NCBI GenBank assembly: GCA_008369845.1
Contig: MRSU01001922.1
Span: 62,001-117,782 of the forward strand
Direction of reading: 5' to 3'
Source of the DNA: Trichomonas gallinae
Lineage: Eukaryota
DNA length: 55,782 nucleotides
The number at the start of each line of letters is the position of its first letter. Position 1 is the stretch's first letter. The notes under the pieces are model-generated. The model was not told the DNA's origin. It saw only the letters and a list, made by a program, of their open reading frames with translations, and made no database searches. Positions 46,172 through 55,782 of this stretch are shown in pieces. The position numbers were made by a program, and so were the translations under genes.

Positions 46172-47455
46172 TCAAAATGTATCCAGCCAAAAACAAATTT
46201 GACTTATGATTTAAGAAAATGTTCGACCATATGCTTTTAGAAGGATATAACTACATAAAATTTCAATATTTTAATTTTTTATACATGATCAAAAAATAAA
46301 ACAGAAATATGAGCAAAATAATAATGCTATTAGATTTTAATTGATGCAAAATGCATATATTAGGTCATATAGCTTATAATATTTCAAAATCATTTTTCGA
46401 AATTTAAAAATATTGAAATGTTCATGCATCTATCATGTATACTTCAAATATATATAATAGTAAAATCATATTGATTATTAAATGAGCCCCATCATAATAT
46501 TTTAATTCTGGGTTAATTAAAATTTATGTCTATCAACATTGTTTCCTTTCGTATGCAACATTCTACTAGTCTATATATCATTTGGAATAAATTTGTTCGG
46601 CGAATAACCATCTGAAGAAAAAAAAAATATTTCAGAAAGTATAATCGCAAAGTTAATAATGATTATAATATTGTTATCAGTCATTATCTAGTTTTATCCC
46701 CTGATTTAATATGTGATGGCTCACTGGATTGAGTATTGCATGCAAAAAGAAACCAAATTTTGAAATGATATGCAAAATCTAGTCTATAATCCGATATATT
46801 ATTAATAAACTAATGCTAATGATTGATTGTCACTTCACGTGATTTTCATTTGAGAGTTCGCAAGAATATTCTTAATTCTTTTGTAATAAGACGATCAAAA
46901 TCATGAAAAGTATTCTAAAAATGCCCATAGATGCCAACTGTTTAAATAAAACTAATGACCTAATGAGCGATCAAATTTTTCTGATGTCCCAGAATTTTTG
47001 ATTGCTAAAAATTTATAGGGTAAATCAGTTCCTTATGACCTAATCTGCATTATTTGAATAAAAAAATTTATCAACCAAAATTGAGTTGATTATTTTTTGC
47101 AAAATGATCGATTTTGAGAGAGTTCTCAGTAAAATCATGAATAAAATTAAAATCGCATTAACCGGCCATCAATAAACAACATATCTTGCAACGACGCCAA
47201 AATTTCCATTAATTTTTTGAAAATTTATTTGAGATTTCAAATTACTTAAAAGTTATTGATATATATTTAATACAACCCATAAATTCCTAATATGCTAATT
47301 ACAATTAAAATTAGTTGGTGTTATTTTATTTGATAATTTTTTGTTAATTTAATTAAGCGATTCATGATGAAAAAAGTTGAAAAAAGTTAATTTAAGGGAT
47401 AGAAAGATAGTTTAATTAGAAAGATAGTATAAGCTAATATAAAAGTTACATAAAC

Positions 47456-47923
47456 TCACGCAAACTCGAAAAAATCTTCAACATTGAACAGTTTCTCGAA
47501 AGCAAAGAGCTCGTCGATTGGATCAGGCTGTTCAATAGCCTGTATCTCCTTAACTTTCTTGATTGGCTGGATCTTTTTCTCAACCTTCTTCTTTCTGTGC
47601 CTTTCAAGGAGCATGAATCTTGCCTTGATTGATATATCTGATCTGTTGCCTAATGTCTTGCCAATCTTGACCCATTGTGGTCCGAGTTCTTTGTATAAGG
47701 AGAGTAGTTTGTGATCTTCATCTGATGTGAATGGAGCCTTGTTAACTGTTGGGGAGAGGAACTTATTCCATCTCTCTCTGCATTGCCTGACGTTTCTTCC
47801 AGGCATGAATGATGCGACGGACTTCCAGCTGTGAGTACCAAGCTTGTTGACGATGTTTTGGAGCTTAAGGTCTTCCTCGGCTGAGAACTTCCTATTAGCG
47901 CGCACGCAACTGAGTGATGACAT
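47456..47923 (-). CDS. R2R3 Myb-like DNA-binding protein
   Basis: KFSAEEDLKL...SWKSVASFMPGRNVRQCRERW...PFTSDED...GPQWVKI...NRSDISIKARF. Confidence 0.94.
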   Translation of the reverse strand: MSSLSCVRANRKFSAEEDLKLQNIVNKLGTHSWKSVASFMPGRNVRQCRERWNKFLSPTVNKAPFTSDEDHKLLSLYKELGPQWVKIGKTLGNRSDISIKARFMLLERHRKKKVEKKIQPIKKVKEIQAIEQPDPIDELFAFEKLFNVEDFFEFA

Positions 47924-47926
47924 TGT

Positions 47927-47936
47927 TGAAAAATGA
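47927..47936 (-). promoter_or_regulatory. Initiator (Inr) of the Myb gene
   Basis: TCATTTTTCA on the minus strand, 3 nt before the ATG at 47923. Confidence 0.65.
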
Positions 47937-49596
47937 TTGATAGGATTAACAGCACTCTCTCAAAAGATCCCCATTATTCTTCTCAATTCCGAAAAATTGA
48001 GACCTATTGTAAAATTTTTCGACTCCGCTGGAAATATGGTAGCGACACGTGTTATCTGCCATTTTCCGCATTTCTCGATTTCGAAAATTCCAAATTGTGG
48101 GAGATTTAACGCCCCTCAAATCAAATTGTCAAACCGCTTGACACATAAAATTTGTCACGTTTTAGTTTATTTGGCAAAAATTTTCATCTTTGAGTTTTCA
48201 AGAATTAAATTCCATAAAGGCGAATCTAGAGGCAGATGAGTCATTTCCTGCTTATATCCAGCAACAGCTTTTCTACCATTTCTTGATTTTACAATTAATT
48301 TTAATCATTGACGAGATAAATGCATTAAATCAATCATCCAAGCGAGGTGTTGAATTCTCTATATTAATACTGGGTATTTTTCAATATAAACTTCCCTATT
48401 TTCCCTAATATAATATTTCTCAAATAAAAAAATTTTTAAAATATCAATGCAGCCCATCGATCCATGATTTGTAGCCTAATAAGTGCATATACAAAAGATC
48501 TTTTATTATAACCGTTAAAGATATACGGGAAAATATCGCTGCAAAGAGCAATTGTCATGCAAATGGAGACATGTTTTATATAGCTCATATGGAAGCTTAA
48601 TAAGATAATGATTGATTAATAAATGTTCTGATATCTTTTTTTTCATGTATTAATCAAAAAAGAAATGTAATTCATCATATATCGGAATCTATTACGCCAT
48701 CGATACAATTTTATCTAAATCAATATGATTTAACCCCAAACGCTTGAAAAATAAAATATGATTATGCAAATGCACAATCTAATTGGAGCATTACAATAGC
48801 ATACCAGCAATGGTTCATTTAAGATGTGTTGTATTCGTTTTTGACTGTCATGTTCACTACTCAACCTAAAAAACTCTCTTAAAGACATTTCTTGCATTGG
48901 TAAACGAAGATCTACATGTTGCTTATTGATATTAATTAAAACAACAAAATGAGGAATTTTTGCAAATAATTTGACATATATATCTTAAATTGGTTGGATA
49001 TAGCTGTTATCTTGAAGACTATACAATTATAGAGCAGTTGAATGCAAAATATGAACTGCATTTTGTTCAAATTTTAAATTAACAATAAATAAATAATATA
49101 TCGCTACATTCCCTTCTAAAAATACATGTACATCATAAATTCATGAAGCAAAAGAATACTGGCCCTCATGAAATTCATTTGATATTCTGTAACGGATGAT
49201 AATGGACTTATAACTTGGATACAAGATTAATTATTCCATTCTATGCTATTTGCGTCATTCTTTTTACCGCGTTTATTGTAATAAAGTTTTGAAAGCATCT
49301 ACTGGCCTAATCGAATCGCATCAAGTTTTTAGTATTGTCAGCGGATTCATCTGTTATAGGGTGATGATATATTGAGTTCACGGGCTGTCAAGGATAAATA
49401 TGCATTTTGAATAAGCTGAATCAGATTTTCGGTTATTTGAGTCAGTCATCTGAAATGTTTTCTATTGAAAATTAGATAGATTTATCCACCCTTTTTTTAA
49501 TTATCCCTTATTAAAAGTTTTCATGGGCATAAAAATTAAAAAAGAAGAAATTTATGTCCGTTCAATCCTGATGTATTGAAACAAAAAACTGACATA

Positions 49597-50319
49597 ATGG
49601 AGAAAGTTATTGTTACATTCGACATCGACGGCACAATCCTCAACTGCGCCGATGGTGGTGAGAACCATATCAAGGCAGTAAACCACACAGCCTTTGATTT
49701 ATACAAAGTTCCTTTGGATACAAACTTAGAAGAATATATTGGCCACACTTTTGTTGGAACTACAGATTCTTGGATTGCAGAAGAGATTATTAAGAAGGCT
49801 ACAGGAGTCCAAACTGTCGCTCAAAAGGATTTGGACGCATTCGAAGAATTAGAATGCAAATATTACGAGAAATTTGGAGTTGGATCAGCTGGTGCCCTTC
49901 CTGGTGTTAGAAAGGTCATCGAAACACTCAACACAATGCCAAATGTCACAATTTCTATGTGCACTGGTAATTATGAAAAGATTGCATGGATTAAGGTGGA
50001 GCATGCTGGTGTTGCTGACTTGTTCAAGGACAAACTCGGTTGTTTTGGCCACATTATCGAGCGCTCTAATATATTACGTGGTGCAATCAAGCAGGCCGAA
50101 GAGTTAAGAGGCCACAAGTTTGATCGCTGCATTCACATTGGTGATGCTGTCTCCGATGTTAAGGCTGCACAGGCCGCCGGAGCAATCGCTGTCGCTGTTG
50201 AGACTGGTTCCTACAAGAAGCCAGATTACCCACAGCCATGCTTCGTTTTGGAGAACATGGACAAGGGATACGATGATTTCATCAACATTGTCAATACTGG
50301 AAAGCCATTATCGCAGTAA
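49597..50319 (+). CDS. HAD-superfamily hydrolase (phosphatase-like)
   Basis: Start MEKVIVT at 49597. Motif I FDIDGT, motif II CTGN, motif IV IGDAVSD, then AVETG. Confidence 0.92.
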   Translation: MEKVIVTFDIDGTILNCADGGENHIKAVNHTAFDLYKVPLDTNLEEYIGHTFVGTTDSWIAEEIIKKATGVQTVAQKDLDAFEELECKYYEKFGVGSAGALPGVRKVIETLNTMPNVTISMCTGNYEKIAWIKVEHAGVADLFKDKLGCFGHIIERSNILRGAIKQAEELRGHKFDRCIHIGDAVSDVKAAQAAGAIAVAVETGSYKKPDYPQPCFVLENMDKGYDDFINIVNTGKPLSQ

Positions 50320-50924
50320 TTAATTTATATTAATTGTGTATGAGGCTTAAGAATGCCCTAATTACACTATACTCTTTCTTAAACTCTTTATTTAAAGCAA
50401 AATATTAAACAATTCTGTTAGTAATAGATTCCTCAAACTCAATTTTTTACCAACTGCCAAATCGCGCCCCTCTTCATTAATTTGAATACGTAAACTCCGA
50501 GCTGAAAAAAAGCAAACATGAATTGATCTTACAATTCATATCTTAATACAAGAAACCGATCAAAAAAGCATCATTTCGATTGGTTTATGTACTTATGTTA
50601 ATATTATTAATATTTCAAATGGAATTTTGGTGTTTTAGTCATATTTTGTCCCAAAAATATTTGATCGAAACTGTTTTCGTATTAATGATATTTGTAAATA
50701 TTCGAAATGTAAAATGTGTTATCCATGATGCTCAATGTATGAAGAAGTTGGTAAAGCGAGGTGAATTTTTTGATTTTCAAAATAATAAAACTATTTTTAA
50801 CAAAAGTTTTAGTCCAATCTTATACTACAAATCAAACTAAAGGCAGAAATACAGAGTAACTCTCCATTTTTGCATTAGTGCTTGATATCTGCTTATAACT
50901 TCATATGAGCGGCCATTACAGATA

Positions 50925-51110
50925 TCAATTGCGCATACAGCTCTCACGCTTAATCGGTTGAATAGTTTTAATAGGTACATTCGCGTATCTATGACTTACT
51001 TGATTCAATGGCCGCGATGGTCTGGGAATTGTACGTCCTATCACTGCAGGATCTAGTTCAGGTCTTCCCAGTTTGCTATATAGTCCGCTTTGTGAGAATT
51101 CGAATTCCAT
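50925..51110 (-). CDS. Small 61-aa hypothetical protein (or truncated gene)
   Basis: ATG at 51110 in a TAAAATG context with an M3-like TACGGTTT just upstream. GC content is coding-like relative to the flanks. Confidence 0.4.
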   Translation of the reverse strand: MEFEFSQSGLYSKLGRPELDPAVIGRTIPRPSRPLNQVSHRYANVPIKTIQPIKRESCMRN

Positions 51111-51254
51111 TTTAAAAAAAAACCGTAAAATTAGGCCAAACAAACTTTCAATTTTGAGAGCTTGTCAAACTGATGATTGATAGGGTCTTTATTCGTGTCG
51201 GACCCTGTTTAATATAAAAAAAGTTCGTTTAATCCATCCTTAAATATTTATTAA

Positions 51255-51800
51255 CAGTAAGACCTAAACTCTCATTCTTCATAATGTGAAGAAAGGTACT
51301 GGCACCCATTCTTCAATTATCTCAAATAAGTCACAAATGTCAAAAATACACCAGGTTAATAATTGAAGCCTACTAACATTGGTGATTAAAATTGAATTAA
51401 CCTAGTAGGTAAACATGATAGTATACTATCCACTCTAATAGTATCATTAAGTCCCAAGCTATCATTCTTCAATTTTCTCAAATATATTGACACCAAATTT
51501 TTAACATTTGTCAAAAATACACCAGGTATTTAATTGGTGTTGACTAATATCTAACCTAGAAGTTAAACATAATAATATACTATCCAACCTAATAATATCA
51601 CTAAAATCTAAACTTCCATTCTTTGAAATGTGGAGAAAGATGCTGGCATCAAATAGAGGGAAAAATGTCAAAAATACACCAGGTTAATATAAGTTTAATA
51701 ACATTGGTGATTAGAATTGAACTAATCCAGATAGTAAACATGATAGTATACTATCCAATCTAATAATATCACTAAAATCTAAATATTCATTCTTCAAAAA
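51255..51800. repeat. Degenerate tandem array, about 3.5 units of ~157-171 bp
   Basis: Identical 18-mer TGTCAAAAATACACCAGG at 51338, 51509 and 51666. TAAACATRATARTATACTATCCA and CATTCTT blocks recur in each unit. Confidence 0.92.
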
Positions 51801-52260
51801 GTGATATGATAATCATTCATTTTTTTGATTTTCGAATACAGTCGTTGCATCTTGTCTCATGAAGTATACATTTAAATACTTAAAGATTTATCTATAATAT
51901 AAAATGCAAGTCTCGTTTATATGAATAAAAATATCTTATAATTTTTCCAAATAAATAATTTTTTCATCATTGGATAGATATAACATCAATTAGTAGTAAT
52001 CGCATAGTGGACAAATTGTTTATCGGTCATGAATAAAAAAAACAGAATATTATGAATAAATATTCATTCGGAGCTTGAATGGAATATGAATGCATAGAGT
52101 ATATAGTTGCTCACTGAGTAAATTGAATGATTAAACAGATATTCATTAAAATTGAATGTGTATTGATATAAAACAACGATGAAATAAAGTTGATTAACTG
52201 GGTAATTTGCTGTCGGTCAAGACTCCTGATGAGATTTTGGAACATGAGAAAAAGCAATTT

Positions 52261-52848
52261 TCAAATAGGGACAAAAATGTATTTCTTTGATAATTGTGCA
52301 AGAGACTGATCGATATCAGCTAATTGCTGCTCAAGAAGCTTCTTGTTTCGTAACAATTGTGGTGATTCGATATGTAATGGAGCTTTTCCTAAACGAGTCT
52401 CAATTTCCTGTTTCTCTGCTTTGAGGTTTTCTATTGCGAGCTGCCTTTCCTCTTCACTCATCAATCGTGTTCCCTTCGGACATTTTACCCCAGAAGGTTG
52501 ATGATTTTCACTTCTCAGTTCCTCTCTTACCTGGTCCATATACGAAGGAATCTCTCCAGGAAGATGATCCGGCTCAATATTTTTACCTTGAGGTTTCGGA
52601 ACGTGAGCTCTAGACTTTGTTTCACCAGCACCGTCTATATTGCGCTGAATGAAGTCAATCCTTGGCTTTGGTTTAGGTTTAGGCTGTGGTTTCGGAGTTT
52701 CGACAATTTCTTCCTCAACTTCTTTTGGTTTTGGCTTCGGAGCAGCTGGCTTTGCTTTCTTTATAGGCTTTGTCTTCTTCTCCTGGTAAAGGCAGCCTGC
52801 AGCGCCATTTGAACTGAGCTGACTTCTATATCTAAGCTTGGCTTCCAT
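52261..52848 (-). CDS. Enkurin-domain (calmodulin-binding, ENKD1-like) protein, probably flagellar
   Basis: DFIQRN, GEIPSYM, PKGTRLMSEEER...PL...LEQQLADID...LSKKYIFV match the enkurin domain pattern. Confidence 0.85.
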   Translation of the reverse strand: MEAKLRYRSQLSSNGAAGCLYQEKKTKPIKKAKPAAPKPKPKEVEEEIVETPKPQPKPKPKPRIDFIQRNIDGAGETKSRAHVPKPQGKNIEPDHLPGEIPSYMDQVREELRSENHQPSGVKCPKGTRLMSEEERQLAIENLKAEKQEIETRLGKAPLHIESPQLLRNKKLLEQQLADIDQSLAQLSKKYIFVPI

Positions 52849-52886
52849 AATTTTAATTCAAACGTATATTAAAAAAATTTGCACCC

Positions 52887-53000
52887 CTTCATTGGAATGA
52901 TAGCCCCTGTTTTATGGTCCACTTCATTAATAAGAAAGCCCCTTTTGTATATATCCCTTCATTAATGTGATAGCCCCCGTTGTTTATCTTACTTCAATAA
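52887..53000. repeat. 35-bp tandem repeat, about 3.3 copies
   Basis: CTTCA starts at 52887, 52922, 52957 and 52992. The core is CTTCATTRR-N3-GAWAGCCCC followed by a variable T-rich tail. Confidence 0.88.
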
Positions 53001-53288
53001 ATTCCTAAAGCAGCAATGATGTTTTTAAAAGAAGTGCTATTCATTAACGACAAAAAACAAAATCGTTTGTTAATACATCAAACATATATTTTTTTTTTTC
53101 ATCATGACTGAGGTCTCTTGTTTCCTTGATATTATATATATATATTAAAGTGTCTGTAAATTTTATAAATATATAAGAAATAAAAGATGGTTATAATTAA
53201 TGAATTAATTGTTTGCATTTTGATGATTTTGGGGCTAAAAATAATGATGAATATGTAGAAAATAATCCGAACAACAAATTTTATAAAT

Positions 53289-55184
53289 CTAACAACATTG
53301 ATTTTCGCATAAAAACGCGTCAGTTTCGAATCTATCATGAAAACCGTTTCCCTTGATGCTGCACAAAAGCCTCTGTATCAAGATGTTATCCTGCGGCATC
53401 TGTTGGTTGTCAGCTCTCTTAGTGATGAAAGGCAGAAGAGCCTGGACAGACTCCCTCACGTATTGGTCCGCGTCATTCTGCAGGGCAACAAGGCTTTCGA
53501 CAATTTCTTTCGATACAAAGTCTTCGTGTTCATTAATGAGCTTCGTCATTGTCCAGACTGACTGGCAGCGAACGACAGCATTTGTATCAGTGAATAAAGT
53601 AGACACAAGCTGGACAGCTTCACTCTCGTGCGCGTAGCCCAAAACGTAGCAAACAGCGGCGCGAACATCTGCCCTCTTCGACTTCAAAAGTGGTGAAAAT
53701 TTCGAAAACCACTCAGGAATGGACATCAATTTCGATGCACGCTCGAGCAACATTCCTAGGAAATACGCTGAGTAAGGTGCGCAAACGTTCGCCCTGTCTA
53801 TTACTATGTTTATCAATTTCTGGAATGAATTTAATGTTGATAATTGCATCGACAAAATAAGAGTCAAAAATCCGGCCTTTAAGACTTCAGGATCGCGGGA
53901 TTGGTGGAAAGAAATCGTAGACATTGAGTCAAACGGTGTGATTTTCTCTGCAGCAATTGTTTTCGCGAGGATTAATAATGCATTTACAGTTGGCTTCTCC
54001 ATTTGTGCTATTATCGATGGTATATTGGATCTGGCGCATGTAGAAGCAGCTCCTTCAGTGTTATCGATGAAGTTTAGCACTTGGTTTTCTGCATCTCTGT
54101 GAAATTCTGATTTCATGAAGAAAGAGAAGATTGGGAGAGTATGAGCAGACGGGAAATTGGAGAAGGACTTGGAGAAGAGTGTGAAAACTGTGCTCATCGC
54201 GCGATCTATTGGCATTGTGAGGAAACAATCGAGAGCGATGTCCCACATTCCCCAAAGGTCGTGATTCGACATGTTCTTAAGGTCTGGTGTAGTAGTAGGA
54301 TGCAAATTGAACGAATTGTAGATTCTTTGCGCTAAAACAAAACCTCTTGTTAAACTGAACACGCTTGGATCGTTATTGAATTTCTCGTAAGTAGCTGGTG
54401 GCTGTGAGTCGAATAAAATTGCAGATAAAATTGTTTCTAAGAATCTGTGAATTGTATTTTTGTTTCTAACAGCAGCACATTCTTCCATTTCGTGTACATT
54501 GCTGTGGTGTCTGCGATGGAACCAAAGCGCGGCGTCATATGGCGTCAAAAGGCAACTGGAAAAGAGATCTAATGGTGCATCCGTTGACATTGGAAGTGTT
54601 TCGTTTGCCGCACACGCAAAAAAGAAGAATGAATCATGCTTAGACTGGAAGAAGCGAACAAGACAGGCTGCATTCGGTGCATCGATGATTACACATAACG
54701 GACACGGACATGCGCTTAAAATCGTAATCGCTTTGATAGGTTTGTACCTCGTCCTGTCCTCTGAGAAGAAATAGAGTGCTCCATCGTCTGTTGGAGGGTG
54801 AACTCCGTGGCCGAAATAATGTAGCAAAACTCTTTGGGGAGGCATAGAAGATACATGCTTCCTCAGCAAAGACATGACATTTTGAGCAGATGGATCAACA
54901 GTAAAATCGCAAGGACAGTTAATTGAATTTTTATATATATCGTGAACGCTATGTTTGGACTGCGGCGCATAGTAAGTTGGATCGAATGTCAGAAGCGGTC
55001 TCTGACAAACCGTTCTTGGCTTCCTTACGAGCCTTCTTATCGACGGATTTCGAAGCCCATCGAACAAACACATGAAGCAAATAGCAGATTTCGTTTTATT
55101 ACATGTACCCTGGGGCTGTCCAACGGCTCCCGGCAGCTTCCCAAAGACCATGGGAAGCCGAGAAGGGGCTGGGTGCTGTGACAT
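53289..55184 (-). CDS. Raptor/KOG1-like protein (RNC caspase-like domain plus HEAT repeats, no WD40)
   Basis: KTKSAICFMCL, RVLLHYFGHGV.PPT, RTRYKPI and LPMSTDAPLDLFSSCLLTP...ALWF match the Raptor N-terminal domain. HEAT repeats: ADVRAAVCYVLG, AVVRCQSVW. Confidence 0.88.
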   Translation of the reverse strand: MSQHPAPSRLPMVFGKLPGAVGQPQGTCNKTKSAICFMCLFDGLRNPSIRRLVRKPRTVCQRPLLTFDPTYYAPQSKHSVHDIYKNSINCPCDFTVDPSAQNVMSLLRKHVSSMPPQRVLLHYFGHGVHPPTDDGALYFFSEDRTRYKPIKAITILSACPCPLCVIIDAPNAACLVRFFQSKHDSFFFFACAANETLPMSTDAPLDLFSSCLLTPYDAALWFHRRHHSNVHEMEECAAVRNKNTIHRFLETILSAILFDSQPPATYEKFNNDPSVFSLTRGFVLAQRIYNSFNLHPTTTPDLKNMSNHDLWGMWDIALDCFLTMPIDRAMSTVFTLFSKSFSNFPSAHTLPIFSFFMKSEFHRDAENQVLNFIDNTEGAASTCARSNIPSIIAQMEKPTVNALLILAKTIAAEKITPFDSMSTISFHQSRDPEVLKAGFLTLILSMQLSTLNSFQKLINIVIDRANVCAPYSAYFLGMLLERASKLMSIPEWFSKFSPLLKSKRADVRAAVCYVLGYAHESEAVQLVSTLFTDTNAVVRCQSVWTMTKLINEHEDFVSKEIVESLVALQNDADQYVRESVQALLPFITKRADNQQMPQDNILIQRLLCSIKGNGFHDRFETDAFLCENQCC

Positions 55185-55698
55185 TTAAATTTGAATTTTT
55201 TTCTACGGGTTTTTTCAAAAATTGTTGTTTTATCGATATAAAACAAGCATAGTAAGATTGTTTTCTGAAATTTTCGACCACTTACATTTTTTGAATTATT
55301 TTTTTAGATTTTTGGTATGCTTATGCTATTGTATGTGATATTTAATTGATAAAATGGTTCGATTTGACTTTTTCAATAGATTTTTCTGAAACTTTAATTT
55401 TTTATTTGAGCACTCGATTTATTATATATGATATTATCTATATTTAAAGTTTGAAGCGTTCTAATTTTCTCAATAAAATCTATCGGAAAATATTTATCGT
55501 TTGCAATGGATGGTATCATGAAACATCATATTTGAGTCATAGATAGAAGAATATTTTAACGCCAAGCGATAATTCACTCAAAATTATTAAAACGCATTAA
55601 AAATTTAATATAATTTGAAAATATTTTAAAAATATGATTTATAGACTGTTCTCTTTATAAATACCAAAACAAAAAATGACCGGTAAAATCAATAAAGA

Positions 55699-55708
55699 AA
55701 AAGAAAAA
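55699..55708 (-). terminator. Pol III oligo-T terminator of tRNA-His
   Basis: TTTTT (55704-55708) and a second T run lie on the minus strand, 2 nt after the discriminator base. Confidence 0.7.
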
Positions 55709-55710
55709 TT

Positions 55711-55782
55711 TGGGTGAACCGTGAATCGAACACGGATCTATTGAGCCACAATCAACAATACTAACCATTATACCATTCACCC
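55711..55782 (-). tRNA. tRNA-His (GUG)
   Basis: Minus strand reads GGGTGAA TG GTAT AATGGTTA GTAT T GTTGA TTGTGGC TCAAT AGAT CCGTG TTCGATT CACGG TTCACCC A. Cloverleaf with anticodon GTG and TTCGA T-loop; no encoded CCA. Confidence 0.95.

Noticed and set aside
51255..53000. CRISPR-like reading of the two repeat arrays
   Set aside because: Eukaryotic context with no cas genes. Inter-core sequences in the large array are homologous to each other rather than unique spacers, and the 35-bp array has only ~14-nt variable parts.
1..55782. Intact transposons (Maverick, mariner, Mutator) or rRNA
   Set aside because: No transposase, integrase, polymerase B or capsid ORFs, long terminal inverted repeats or rRNA-like sequence were seen by eye. 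Short non-autonomous remnants cannot be excluded without a library search.

Overview
This is AT-rich eukaryotic DNA from a trichomonad, most likely Trichomonas vaginalis or a close relative. That assignment rests on intronless genes, TCAYT initiator elements just before ATGs, a Trichomonas-type Fe-SOD and typical expanded families; it was recognised from memory, not from a database search. There are about 21 intact genes: a 5'-partial PKA-like kinase, two ARM-repeat proteins, a ubiquitin-like protein, three R2R3 Mybs, a PAS/transmembrane cyclase, a large coiled-coil protein, a kinase-Sel1 fusion, Fe-SOD, a methylmalonyl-CoA-epimerase-like protein, an FG-GAP surface protein, a DUF829 hydrolase, a GT61 glycosyltransferase, a class I HDAC, a DUSP-USP, a multi-pass membrane calpain, a HAD hydrolase, an enkurin-domain protein and a Raptor-like protein without WD40. 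A tRNA-His(GUG) gene ends exactly at the right edge. The ORF track misses several things: a secreted-protein gene broken by one extra base in a homopolymer (919-1582), decayed gene relics, a ~160-170 bp mosaic repeat array, a 35-bp repeat array upstream of the enkurin gene, and a motif cluster upstream of SOD. Several intact proteins have lost catalytic residues (cyclase, kinase-Sel1, epimerase-like, Raptor-like). I saw no CRISPR array, intact transposon, intron or clearly new multi-gene system. The strongest leads are the pseudo-enzymes, the truncated Raptor, the integrin-alpha-like surface protein and the non-coding arrays.
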